DNA of 36,893 nucleotides, from the NCBI GenBank assembly GCA_038065795.1, contig JBBTQG010000056.1, positions 1 through 36,893 on the forward strand. The letters are read 5' to 3'. The stretch comes from Patescibacteria group bacterium (GTDB taxonomy: Bacteria > Patescibacteriota > Minisyncoccia > UBA6257 > HR35). A model generated the notes under the pieces. It did not search any database, had not been told where the DNA came from, and saw only the letters and a list, made by a program, of their open reading frames with translations. Of this stretch, positions 1 to 8,821 are shown piece after piece (positions within the stretch are counted from its first letter, which is position 1; every line of letters starts with the position of its first letter). Both the position numbers and the translations under genes were made by a program.

Positions 1-8
1 TCCGCAGG

Positions 9-42
9 GCGCGTTGGGCAAAATGCTTAAACGCGCTTTTTT
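9..42 (+). terminator. Rho-independent terminator-like hairpin for an off-window upstream gene
   Basis: Stem GCGCGTT (9-15) pairs with AACGCGC (30-36), followed by TTTTTT (37-42). Bases 1-11 are the reverse complement of 10255-10265 in the GC-rich element after secY. Confidence 0.5.
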
Positions 43-75
43 CTTTTCCATGTTTATTTTGCTATAATTAATTTA

Positions 76-1521
76 ATGGATACTAAAGAGCAGGAGTTAA
101 AATTTATTCGTGAAAATAAAATTGAGCCATATCCTGAAAAAGCTAACAGAGATATATCAATTTCTGAATTTTTAAATCAATTCTCTAAATTTCAAAAAAA
201 TAAGAATTTTTTTTGGCTTGTTGGAAGAATTATGGGGATCAGAACTCATGGCGGAGTTTTGTTTATTGATTTAATTGATGAAAAAGGAAAAATCCAACTT
301 GTTTTTAATGAAAAAAAAACAAAAGATTATGAACTTATTGAAAAAATATTGGGTTTAGGAGATTTTATTTCAGTGAAAGGAATAGCATTTTTGCCAAAAA
401 CCGAACAAAAAAGTCTACTAATAAAAGAATGGATTTTGATTTCAAAATCTTTAAAAAATTTTCCAAAAGAATATTACAAAGTTAAGGACGAAGAGCTTTT
501 ATCTCGCGCTCCATATCTTAAAACAATTTTTTATAAAGAAAACAGAGAAGTGTTTGAAAAAAGATTTAAAATTCTTGAAAATTTGAGAAAGATTTTATGG
601 AGAGAGGGATTTTTGGAAGTTGAAACACCGATTCTGCAAACTCATTATGGCGGAGCATTAGCGCAACCTTTTACAACAAAATTAAAATCGTTGAATCAAA
701 ATTTATTTTTAAGAATTGCGCCTGAAATTGACCTTAAAAAAATGATTATCGGAGGATTTGAAAAAATTTTTGAAATTGGAAAAAATTTCAGAAACGAAGG
801 AATTGACAGAGAACATAATCCAGAATTTACAATGATGGAGCTTTACTGGGCTTATCAGAACCGCGAGGGATTAATGGATTTTACTCAAAAAATAATTCAG
901 GAATTAGTTAAAGAAATAAATCATAGCGAAGTTTTGGAATTTCAAGAACACAAAATAAATTTTGGTGATAAAAATAAAAAATGGAAAAGAGTGGTATATG
1001 CTGATTTGATAAAAGAAAAAACAGGATTGGATTATTTTAAAAATTCTTTGGAAGATTTTGTAAGTCTGGCTAAAAAACTCGAAATAGAAACTAATCCAAA
1101 GATAATCACAAAAGGAAAAATTGTAGATGAAATTTTCAAAAAAACAATCAGACCAAAAATGATTGAACCAGTGTTTTTGATTGACCATCCAAAAGAAATT
1201 TCACCATTAGCAAAGATTAACCCAGAAGATGACAGGATCACTTTAAGATTTCAGCCATATATCGGAGGTTTAGAGGTTGGAAATGGATTTGCGGAGTTAA
1301 ACGACCCAATTGACCAAAAAGAAAGATTTTTGGCTAATTCAGAATTGTTTGAAAAAGGAGATGTTGAAGCTCATCCATTTGATGAAACATTTATAGAAGC
1401 GCTGGAATACGGTATGCCACCAACAGCTGGATTGGGATTGGGATTAGAGAGATTAATAATGCTTTTAACAAATCAATCAAATATGCGAGACATCATCTAT
1501 TTTCCGTTTATTAAATCGTAA
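76..1521 (+). CDS. lysS: Lysyl-tRNA synthetase, class II
   Basis: 481 aa. N-terminal OB-fold region, then class II core motifs (FRNEGID..HNPEFTMMELY, GNGFAELNDP, EYGMPPTAGLGLGLERL). Confidence 0.9.
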   Translation: MDTKEQELKFIRENKIEPYPEKANRDISISEFLNQFSKFQKNKNFFWLVGRIMGIRTHGGVLFIDLIDEKGKIQLVFNEKKTKDYELIEKILGLGDFISVKGIAFLPKTEQKSLLIKEWILISKSLKNFPKEYYKVKDEELLSRAPYLKTIFYKENREVFEKRFKILENLRKILWREGFLEVETPILQTHYGGALAQPFTTKLKSLNQNLFLRIAPEIDLKKMIIGGFEKIFEIGKNFRNEGIDREHNPEFTMMELYWAYQNREGLMDFTQKIIQELVKEINHSEVLEFQEHKINFGDKNKKWKRVVYADLIKEKTGLDYFKNSLEDFVSLAKKLEIETNPKIITKGKIVDEIFKKTIRPKMIEPVFLIDHPKEISPLAKINPEDDRITLRFQPYIGGLEVGNGFAELNDPIDQKERFLANSELFEKGDVEAHPFDETFIEALEYGMPPTAGLGLGLERLIMLLTNQSNMRDIIYFPFIKS

Positions 1522-1571
1522 AAATATGTCTATATCACTGCTATTATTGTTGTATTTGTTGGTATTTTATT

Positions 1572-1600
1572 TTGCATTTTTATAATTATTGCTGTATAAT
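1572..1600 (+). promoter_or_regulatory. Candidate sigma70-type promoter for the ribosomal protein cluster
   Basis: TTGCAT (1572-1577), a 17-nt spacer, then TATAAT (1595-1600), about 105 nt upstream of rplB. Sequence pattern only. Confidence 0.35.
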
Positions 1601-1705
1601 GTAATCATATAAAATAAGGGTAAAAATAATAAAGCCTTGCGATTTGCAAAACCCAGTTTTTGGGTGATATTTATTATTTTGCCTTTAAAAATTTATGTGT
1701 TATAA

Positions 1706-2562
1706 ATGCCCACAAAAATTGTAAAATCAAGAGGCGCCGGAAGAGGAAAGATAGTCGCTGTTTTAATTGATTATAAAAAAACACTTTCTGGCGATAAGCC
1801 GCACAAACCTCTTTTATCAGCCATAAAGAAAAGAGTGGCCCGTAATTCATATGGAAGGATTACGACAAGATTTAGAGCAAATCCTGTTCATAGACGAATT
1901 TACAGAATAATTGATTTTTCAAGATTAGATAAAAAAGGAATTCCAGCAATAGTAGAAACTTTGGAATATGACCCAAATAGAACAGCGTTCATTATGCTTT
2001 GTTTGTATAAAGATGGCGCAAGAAGATATCACTTAGCTCCTGAAGGGGTAAAGGTTGGAGATAAAATAATTTGTGATGACCAAGGACCGATGAAATTTGG
2101 GAATAGATACCCGTTAAAAAATATTTTGTCTGGAACTGAAGTTTGTGAGGTTGAATTAACTCCAAGAGGGAAAGGTAAAATGGGCAGAAGCGCTGGTTCA
2201 AAAGCGACTATTATGGGTTTTGATGAGAAATACTGCACGATAAAAATGGCTTCTGGCGAAATGAGAAAAGTTTCAAAAGAATGTTTGCGACAATTGGAAT
2301 TGTTTCAAACGCAGACCATAGAAATGTTAGAATTGGAAAAGCTGGAAGGTCAAGATGGAAAGGTCAAAGACCAAGAGTAAGGGCAAGCGCTATGAATCCA
2401 AGAGACCACCCCTACGGAGGAGGTGAAGGCAGAACGCAAAGAGGAACAAAGCGACCAAAAACAAAATGGGGTAAAGTAACTGGTGGAAGAAGAACAAGAC
2501 GAAGTAAAAACCCATATAATACATTAATCATTAAGCGAAGAATAAAGAAAAAAAGAAAATAA
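1706..2562 (+). CDS. rplB: 50S ribosomal protein L2, split into two ORFs by a frame change near 2284-2286
   Basis: ORF 1706-2380 carries the L2 N-terminal and central regions ([14 protein letters not shown]). ORF 2281-2562 carries the L2 C-terminus ([21 protein letters not shown]). The join at GAATGTTTGCGACA needs one more T to read ECFATIG. Confidence 0.85.
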
Positions 2563-2568
2563 TTAAAA

Positions 2569-2865
2569 ATGGCAAGAAGTTCAAAAAAAGGATATTTTGT
2601 AGATGAGAAGTTAATGAAGAAAGTTGCGAAATTGCAAGGAGATGAAAAACGCAACGCTGTTATAAAAACTTGGGCAAGAAGCTCAACAGTTACTCCTGAA
2701 ATGGTTGGAATTACATTTGACATTCATAATGGAAAATCATTTATAGCAATTAAAATTTCTGAAGATATGGTCGGACATAAATTGGGTGAATTTGCTTTGA
2801 CGAGAAAATTTACAAAACATGGTGGCAAGCTTCAGAGAGAACAAGAAGGGAAAGTTAAAAAATAA
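2569..2865 (+). CDS. rpsS: 30S ribosomal protein S19
   Basis: [12 protein letters not shown] start and a [18 protein letters not shown] core; canonical position after rplB. Confidence 0.9.
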   Translation: MARSSKKGYFVDEKLMKKVAKLQGDEKRNAVIKTWARSSTVTPEMVGITFDIHNGKSFIAIKISEDMVGHKLGEFALTRKFTKHGGKLQREQEGKVKK

Positions 2866-2867
2866 CA

Positions 2868-3203
2868 ATGATAAAAGTAAAGTTAATGAGATTAAATATA
2901 ACCCCAAGAAAGACTAGAATGGTGACAAAGCTTATAAAAGGCAAGAAAGCAATAAATGTGAAGAATAATCTTTTATTTATAGACAAAAAAGCGTCAAGAC
3001 CAATTTTAAAACTTTTGAATTCTGCGCTTGATATTGCTGAAAAATCAAAATTAAATGTGGAAGATTTATTTTTGTCCAATATAATAGTTTCAGAAGGACC
3101 GAAGAGAAAAACAATGCGCGCAGGTTCAAGAGGTCACGCAAAACCAATTATGAAAAGATCATCGCATATTGAATTAACACTTGACACAAAAAATAATAAA
3201 TAG
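2868..3203 (+). CDS. rplV: 50S ribosomal protein L22
   Basis: 111 aa; the ITPRKTRMV motif and its position between rpsS and rpsC. Confidence 0.85.
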   Translation: MIKVKLMRLNITPRKTRMVTKLIKGKKAINVKNNLLFIDKKASRPILKLLNSALDIAEKSKLNVEDLFLSNIIVSEGPKRKTMRAGSRGHAKPIMKRSSHIELTLDTKNNK

Positions 3204-3213
3204 TAAATAGATA

Positions 3214-3894
3214 ATGGGACAGAAAATATCGCCGTATACATTAAGGTTAGGAATAAATGAAGGTTGGTATTCAAGATGGTTTTTTCCGAAAAACTCCGCA
3301 GTATATTTGGAGGCAGATTGTTCTATTAGAAATATAATTGCTGAATTGTTCCCCAAGAGCGGTATTGGTGAAGTAATAATTGAAAGAAAGAGCCCGGACA
3401 CTTGCAGAGTAATTGTAAAAACCGCAAAGCCGGGTTTTTTAATTGGGCGAGAAGGTCAGAATTTAAGAAAACTTCAAGAAAGATTAGATAAAAGTCTAAC
3501 AAAATTATTTGAAAAATTTAAATTAACAAAACCAACAACCGAATTTCAAATTGAAGAAATTAAAAAGCCGTTCACTTCTGCGAGAGTTTTGGCGCAGTTT
3601 GCGGCTGCAGAAATTGAAAAAAGGATTTCTGTTAGGCGAGTTATGAAAGGAATTATTGAAAAAGGAAGACAAAATAAAGAAATTGGAGGAATTAAGATTA
3701 GACTTTCAGGAAGATTAAATGGAGCTGAAATTCATAGAACAGAAGCATTATCATTTGGCAAATTAACGCTTGGAACATTAAAAAGCAAAATTGATTATGC
3801 CGCTGAAATAGCCAAGTGCACATATGGAATAGTCGGAATTAAGGTCTGGCTTTATAAGGGAGAAAGTACAGGAAGAGAAGATGTTACAGCCTAA
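3214..3894 (+). CDS. rpsC: 30S ribosomal protein S3
   Basis: MGQKISPYTLRLG start, KH-domain region and GRLNGAEI motif. Confidence 0.9.
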   Translation: MGQKISPYTLRLGINEGWYSRWFFPKNSAVYLEADCSIRNIIAELFPKSGIGEVIIERKSPDTCRVIVKTAKPGFLIGREGQNLRKLQERLDKSLTKLFEKFKLTKPTTEFQIEEIKKPFTSARVLAQFAAAEIEKRISVRRVMKGIIEKGRQNKEIGGIKIRLSGRLNGAEIHRTEALSFGKLTLGTLKSKIDYAAEIAKCTYGIVGIKVWLYKGESTGREDVTA

Positions 3895-4297
3895 GAAACT
3901 TAAACATAGAAAATGGCATAAAGGAAGGTCTTTGGTGAGAAATGTTTCAACGAGAGGATTAAGTTTGATACACGGAGATTATGGTTTAAAAACATTAGAA
4001 AGCAGATTCATAACTGATAGACAAATTGATTCAGTTGAAAAAACAATTAAAAAGACATTAGGAAAAAAAGGAAGGCTTTGGTTAAGAATATTTCCACATA
4101 AACCAATTACAAAAAAACCGCCAGAAGTTAGAATGGGAGGCGGCAAAGGAGATCTTGACCATTATGTGGCGCTTGTTCATCCCGGAAGAATTTTGTTTGA
4201 AATTTCAGCACTCACTCCTGAATTGGCTCAAAAAGCATTAAAAGCCGCAACATATAAATTGCCAATTAAAACGAAAATAATTAAAAAGGATTATTAG
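3881..4297 (+). CDS. rplP: 50S ribosomal protein L16
   Basis: MLQPKKLKHRK start and a RMGGGKG motif; 14-nt overlap with rpsC. Confidence 0.9.
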   Translation: MLQPKKLKHRKWHKGRSLVRNVSTRGLSLIHGDYGLKTLESRFITDRQIDSVEKTIKKTLGKKGRLWLRIFPHKPITKKPPEVRMGGGKGDLDHYVALVHPGRILFEISALTPELAQKALKAATYKLPIKTKIIKKDY

Positions 4298-4300
4298 ATA

Positions 4301-4492
4301 ATGAAAGCGCAAGAGTTAAGACAAAAATCATTACAGGAATTGCAGAAGATGTTGAAGGATTCAAGAGAAAAGGTTTTTGAGTATAAAATTTCTAAAGTGC
4401 AAAATAGATTAAAAAAACCAAATTTATTAAAAAATGCGCAAAAAGATATTGCGAGAGTTTTAACAATAATTAACCAGAAGATGCAAAGCTGA
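4301..4492 (+). CDS. rpmC: 50S ribosomal protein L29
   Basis: 63 aa with the LRQKSLQELQK pattern; ends in TGA at the expected length. Confidence 0.85.
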   Translation: MKAQELRQKSLQELQKMLKDSREKVFEYKISKVQNRLKKPNLLKNAQKDIARVLTIINQKMQS

Positions 4493-4498
4493 AAACAA

Positions 4499-4750
4499 AT
4501 GAAAAGAAGAATAATTGGAAAAGTAGTTTCAGATAAGACAAAAAAAACTTTGGTGGTCTTAGGAGAAAGAACAAGAAAGCATCCTTTGTATAAAAAATAT
4601 ATTTCGCATCATACAAAATATCACGCGCATGATGAAAAAGAATTAGCAAAGGTTGGCGATAAGGTTGAAATTGAAGAAACAAGACCTTTGTCAAAATTAA
4701 AAAGATGGCGATTAATTAAAGTGATTGAAAGTAAAATAACCAACGATTAA
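4499..4750 (+). CDS. rpsQ: 30S ribosomal protein S17
   Basis: 83 aa with GKVVSDKTKKT, YKKY..HTKYHAHD and VEIEETRPLSK motifs. Confidence 0.9.
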   Translation: MKRRIIGKVVSDKTKKTLVVLGERTRKHPLYKKYISHHTKYHAHDEKELAKVGDKVEIEETRPLSKLKRWRLIKVIESKITND

Positions 4751-4820
4751 CCAATGATTAAGCGAAGAACAATTTTAAAAGTAGCGGATAATTCCGGAGC
4801 AACAACAGTACAGTGCATTG
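4742..4820. repeat. 79-bp direct repeat, copy 1 (end of rpsQ plus the first 67 nt of rplN)
   Basis: Base-for-base identical to 5057-5135 by manual comparison. Confidence 0.9.
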
Positions 4821-4852
4821 TTTTAGTGAAAGAATTTTATAGAATTGTTTGA
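4754..4852 (+). pseudogene. Truncated rplN 5' copy (32 codons)
   Basis: The first 22 codons (MIKRRTILKVADNSGATTVQCI) are identical to the true rplN start. The ORF then diverges into AT-rich sequence and stops at TGA (4850-4852). Confidence 0.7.
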
Positions 4853-5056
4853 GCAATAAAAATGACGATATTTTAATGATTTTTATATAATAATTTAATA
4901 GTTAAATATAAAGTATAAATTGTCAAATAATAAAAATATATCCAATAATAATTCATCGGCGAATTTAATAATTTCAAATATAATTATATATGCGTCAATT
5001 AAAAACGACATGTCAAAAATGTGTGTTTTATAAGCTTTTTCAACAGCTTGCAAAAA

Positions 5057-5135
5057 AACGATTAACCAATGATTAAGCGAAGAACAATTTTAAAAGTAGC
5101 GGATAATTCCGGAGCAACAACAGTACAGTGCATTG
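5057..5135. repeat. 79-bp direct repeat, copy 2
   Basis: Identical to 4742-4820. This copy continues into full-length rplN. Confidence 0.9.
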
Positions 5136-5437
5136 GGTTTGTTAAATTGGGGAACAGAGATTGGGCTCAAGTTGGCGACACTATTACAGTATCTGTAAAA
5201 ACAGCTGAACCAAGAAAGCAAGTTTCAAAAGGACAAGTTGTTAAAGCTATTATTGTTCGCCAAAAAAGAGCGATAAGACGAGCTGATGGAAGCTACATAA
5301 GATTTGCCGACAACGCCGTTGTTATATTAAAAGATAAAAAAGAATTAATGGGAAACAGAATTTTTGGTCCAATACCGCGAGAAATTAAAACAAAAGGTTT
5401 TGATAAAATTGCCAACTTGGCGCCAGAATTAGTTTAG
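5069..5437 (+). CDS. rplN: 50S ribosomal protein L14
   Basis: 122 aa with MIKRRTILKVADNSGA and IRFADNAVV motifs. Confidence 0.9.
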   Translation: MIKRRTILKVADNSGATTVQCIGFVKLGNRDWAQVGDTITVSVKTAEPRKQVSKGQVVKAIIVRQKRAIRRADGSYIRFADNAVVILKDKKELMGNRIFGPIPREIKTKGFDKIANLAPELV

Positions 5438-5444
5438 ATTAGAA

Positions 5445-5753
5445 ATGAAAATAAAAAAAGGAGACACAATCGTTATGACAAAAGGAAAAGATAGGGGCAA
5501 GAAAGCAAAAATTATCCAAGCAAGGCCGAAAGATTCCAAGGTTGTTATTGATGGTTTGAATTTAGTAAAAAAGCATACAAGATCAAAAAAGCAAGGCGAA
5601 AAAGGTCAAGTAATTGTAATTCCAAGAGCTGTGCCTGTAAGTAATGTAAAATTAGTTTGTCCAAAATGTAGCCAGCTTACAAGAGTTGGGTATTCAATTA
5701 TAGAAGGTCGTAAGAGTAGGGCATGTAAAAAATGTAAATCATTAATAGACTAA
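5445..5753 (+). CDS. rplX: 50S ribosomal protein L24 with a four-Cys C-terminal region
   Basis: KOW motif (IKKGDTIVMTKGKDRGK) and GLNLVKKH. The C-terminus has CPKC followed 18 residues later by CKKC. Confidence 0.85.
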   Translation: MKIKKGDTIVMTKGKDRGKKAKIIQARPKDSKVVIDGLNLVKKHTRSKKQGEKGQVIVIPRAVPVSNVKLVCPKCSQLTRVGYSIIEGRKSRACKKCKSLID

Positions 5754-5759
5754 ACGAAA

Positions 5760-6335
5760 ATGGCGCACCTATTATTAAAAGAACAATTAGTTAAAGAAAT
5801 TTATCCAGTATTAGCTAAGGATTTTAAAATTAAAAATAAAATGGGAACTCCAAGACCAATTGTTGGATTCGTTCAAATTGGAATTGGGAAAATGGTTACT
5901 CAAAATTTAGAAAACAAACCCAAAATCTTAGAAGATACAGAATTTATTTTGACAAAAATTACAGGACAAAAACCGAAAGTTATTCTGGCAAAAAAAGCAA
6001 TAGCTGGTTTTAAGCTCAGGGGAAACGAACCCGTTGCTTTATTTATAACGCTAAGACGAAAAAGATTGTTGGATTTTATGGATAGGCTTTTAACATATGC
6101 ATTGCCAAGAAATAAAGATTTTTCAGGGTTAAAAGAAAATAATTTTGATGTAAAAGGCAATATAAATATGGGCATAAGAGAACACATAATTTTCCCCGAA
6201 ACAATATCTGATAAAATTAAGACATCATATGGCTTACAAGTGACGCTAATCGGGAATGGTCGAACAAAAGCCGAAAATATGAAATTGTGGGAATATATAG
6301 GTTTCCCTATAAAAATATCCTCTAATAACTTATAG
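5760..6335 (+). CDS. rplE: 50S ribosomal protein L5
   Basis: 191 aa; the GFKLRGNEPV and MGIREHIIFPE motifs and its position. Confidence 0.9.
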   Translation: MAHLLLKEQLVKEIYPVLAKDFKIKNKMGTPRPIVGFVQIGIGKMVTQNLENKPKILEDTEFILTKITGQKPKVILAKKAIAGFKLRGNEPVALFITLRRKRLLDFMDRLLTYALPRNKDFSGLKENNFDVKGNINMGIREHIIFPETISDKIKTSYGLQVTLIGNGRTKAENMKLWEYIGFPIKISSNNL

Positions 6336-6356
6336 ATATAAGTATGTTAGAGGCGA

Positions 6357-6548
6357 ATGCATATGACTACAAAAGCAAGGGTTGAGCGATGGCAAAAAAC
6401 TCCAAAATATAGCACAAAAAAAGTTTCGTTTTGTTTTAGATGTAAAAGAAATAGAGGATATTTAAGGGAATTTGGAGTGTGTAGAATTTGTTTTAGGGAA
6501 TTAGCTCACAAAGGTCAGATACCGGGATTAAAAAAAGCAAGCTGGTAA
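6357..6548 (+). CDS. rpsN: 30S ribosomal protein S14, short Zn-ribbon (type Z) form
   Basis: About 61-63 aa with CFRC...CRIC and a terminal KASW. The start could instead be the second ATG at 6363. Confidence 0.85.
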   Translation: MHMTTKARVERWQKTPKYSTKKVSFCFRCKRNRGYLREFGVCRICFRELAHKGQIPGLKKASW

Positions 6549-6563
6549 ATTAATTTATTTACA

Positions 6564-7019
6564 ATGACAGATCCAATAAGTGATTTATTTGCAAGGATAA
6601 AAAATGCATGGAAAATTAGGAAGAAAAAGATTGAGGTTCCATATTCAAATACCAAGATAGCAATTTTAAAAATTTTGAAAGAAAAAAATATTATTGGAGA
6701 TTTTACAATTGTAGGAGATTTGAATAATAATGCCGAAAATGATAAGGCACTTTTATCATCTAAATCTAATAAATCTAAAATTAAAAATTTCCGGCGTTTT
6801 ATTGTGTCGTTAGTCTATGATGAAGACGGAAAATCTCCAGTTGAAAATATAATAAGAGTTTCAAAACCGGGACAAAAAATATATTTTAAATATGCAGAAT
6901 TTAAGCCGGTAAGGCAGGGTTATGGATTTAGAATTATTTCAACATCGCGAGGTATCATGATAGATGACGAAGCCAAAAAACGAAAGTTAGGAGGTGAAGT
7001 CATTTGTGAAATTAATTAA
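6564..7019 (+). CDS. rpsH: 30S ribosomal protein S8 with a ~20-aa internal insertion
   Basis: DPISDLFARIKNA start and STSRGIM..GGEVICEI end. It is 151 aa versus about 130 typical; the extra segment is NNNAENDKALLSSKSNKSKIKN. Confidence 0.85.
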   Translation: MTDPISDLFARIKNAWKIRKKKIEVPYSNTKIAILKILKEKNIIGDFTIVGDLNNNAENDKALLSSKSNKSKIKNFRRFIVSLVYDEDGKSPVENIIRVSKPGQKIYFKYAEFKPVRQGYGFRIISTSRGIMIDDEAKKRKLGGEVICEIN

Positions 7020-7024
7020 TTACA

Positions 7025-7573
7025 ATGTCAAAGATAGGAAAAAAACCAATTGAAATACCAGAAGGAGTAGAAGTCATACAAAATGGCAATGTATTTAAAA
7101 TTAAAGGACCTTTGGGCGAGAATGAATTTATTTTGCATCCAAAAGTTAAATCTGTAAGAGATGGCAACCAAATTATTATTAGTATAGAAAATGAAAGTAA
7201 ATTAACAAAAGCGTTATGGGGAACTATGAGAGCATTGCTTTCAAATAAAATTCAAGGAGTATTAAGTGGCTTTCAAAGAGATTTAATTTTAGAAGGATTA
7301 GGTTTTACTGCGGAAGTTATTGGAGATAATATTTCATTTAAATTGGGATATACTCATCCAGTATTGTTGCCAATTTTAAAAACAGTCAAAGTTGAAATTA
7401 AACCGCAAAGAGGTTCATATATTATTTCAATAAAAGGAATAGACAAAGCAGAAGTCGGTAAGTTTGCTGGAAAGATAAGAAAAATTAAAAAAGCCGAACC
7501 TTATAAAGGAAAAGGATTTAGATATTCAGACGAAAAAATTAAGAGAAAGTCAGTTAAAAAACTTGGCGCATAA
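7025..7573 (+). CDS. rplF: 50S ribosomal protein L6
   Basis: MSKIGKKPIEIP start and a EPYKGKGFRY motif. Confidence 0.9.
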   Translation: MSKIGKKPIEIPEGVEVIQNGNVFKIKGPLGENEFILHPKVKSVRDGNQIIISIENESKLTKALWGTMRALLSNKIQGVLSGFQRDLILEGLGFTAEVIGDNISFKLGYTHPVLLPILKTVKVEIKPQRGSYIISIKGIDKAEVGKFAGKIRKIKKAEPYKGKGFRYSDEKIKRKSVKKLGA

Positions 7574-7575
7574 CA

Positions 7576-7929
7576 ATGAAAAAGAAATTAACAAAACAAG
7601 ATAGGCGGAAGATTAGGCACAAGAGAGTTAGGGCAAGAATTGCTGGTATGCCTGAAAAACCAAGATTAAGTGTTTATAAATCAAACAATAATTTATACGC
7701 GCAAATTATTGATGATACTGTTGGAAAAACTCTTATTGGATTTTCTTCTGTATCAATAAAAGATAAAATGCCAGCATCTGAAAAAGCTAAAAAAGTTGGA
7801 GAAAATATTGCAGATTTAGCAATAAAAGCTGGAATTAAAAATGTTGTTTTTGATAGAGGTGGTTTTAAATATCACGGTCGCATTAAAGCTATTGCTGAAG
7901 GAGCAAGAAGTAAGGGCTTAAATTTTTAA
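7576..7929 (+). CDS. rplR: 50S ribosomal protein L18
   Basis: PRLSVYKSNNNLYAQIID and FDRGGFKYHGRIKA motifs. Confidence 0.9.
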   Translation: MKKKLTKQDRRKIRHKRVRARIAGMPEKPRLSVYKSNNNLYAQIIDDTVGKTLIGFSSVSIKDKMPASEKAKKVGENIADLAIKAGIKNVVFDRGGFKYHGRIKAIAEGARSKGLNF

Positions 7930-7932
7930 AAA

Positions 7933-8433
7933 ATGTTTATATCATCGCAGGCAAAATGGGATTATAAAGTTTTAGAAGTAAAACGGGTTACAAGAGTTAC
8001 TGCTGGCGGTAAAAGATTTAAAATTAGAACAATAGTTATAAGTGGAGATATGAACGGCTTGGTTGGAGTTGGAATTGGAAAAGGAGATGATATTGCGCAA
8101 GCTGTTGAAAAAGCTCGAAAGCAAGCAGAAAAAAATGCCATTCGCGTTGTAATAAAAAATGAAACAATTCCTTATCAAGTTGAAGGAAAATCTGGGGCGA
8201 GCAGAGTATTAGTTAAGCCAGCTCCAAAAGGAACAGGCGTTAAAGCCGGTGGCTCTGTTAGAATCGTTTTAGATTTAGCCGGAGTTTCAAATGCTTCATC
8301 AAAAATTTTAGGCAGAACAAGAAATAAATTAGTCAATACGCTAGCGTGCTTAGAAGCGTTAAAAAAACTTAACAAATACAAATCACATAACAAAGAAGAA
8401 AATGTTAATACACCAGATACAATACAAGAATAA
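7933..8433 (+). CDS. rpsE: 30S ribosomal protein S5
   Basis: VKRVTRVTAGGKRF and GVGIGKG motifs plus its position. The 3' end overlaps rplO. Confidence 0.85.
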   Translation: MFISSQAKWDYKVLEVKRVTRVTAGGKRFKIRTIVISGDMNGLVGVGIGKGDDIAQAVEKARKQAEKNAIRVVIKNETIPYQVEGKSGASRVLVKPAPKGTGVKAGGSVRIVLDLAGVSNASSKILGRTRNKLVNTLACLEALKKLNKYKSHNKEENVNTPDTIQE

Positions 8434-8821
8434 AAAACCGAAAAGAGTCGGAAGAGGAGGAAAGAAAGGAACCTATTCAGGGAAAGGACTCAAAGGGCAG
8501 AGTTCGAGAGCAGGAAGAAAATTTAGACCAGCATTGAGAGATGTGATTATTAAATTACCTAAAAAAAGAGGATATAGATTTAAAACAATTTCTGAAAAAC
8601 CGCATATTGTTAATCTTGGAGATATTAGTAAAAGATTTAGTGATGGAGAAAAAGTTGGAGTAAAGGAATTGGTTGCAAAAAAGTTATTGAATATTCCGAG
8701 GTCAAAAAAGAATCCAAAAGTAAAAATTCTTGGAAAGGGCGAATTTGATAAAAATACCAAATTGATATTTAAAACAGGTATGCTTTTTTCAAAACAAGCA
8801 AAAGAAAAAACCATTAAATAA
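8402..8821 (+). CDS. rplO: 50S ribosomal protein L15
   Basis: KRVGRGGKKGTYSGKGLKGQ motif. It overlaps rpsE by 32 nt, which leaves no room for rpmD. Confidence 0.85.
   Translation: MLIHQIQYKNKKPKRVGRGGKKGTYSGKGLKGQSSRAGRKFRPALRDVIIKLPKKRGYRFKTISEKPHIVNLGDISKRFSDGEKVGVKELVAKKLLNIPRSKKNPKVKILGKGEFDKNTKLIFKTGMLFSKQAKEKTIK

Noticed and set aside
904-1241. Antisense ORFs (904-1188 and 1032-1241, minus strand) inside lysS
   Set aside because: They are low-complexity, Phe/Ile/Ser-rich translations of the reverse strand of an AT-rich, clearly coding gene. They have no motifs and are fully embedded in lysS.
4490-4501. Possible TGA (or TAG) recoding, as in some candidate phyla
   Set aside because: TGA ends rpmC at the normal length; reading through it would fuse L29 to S17 in frame. 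TGA also ends map. TAG ends secY, rplV, rplP, rplN and rplE at expected lengths. The standard bacterial code fits.
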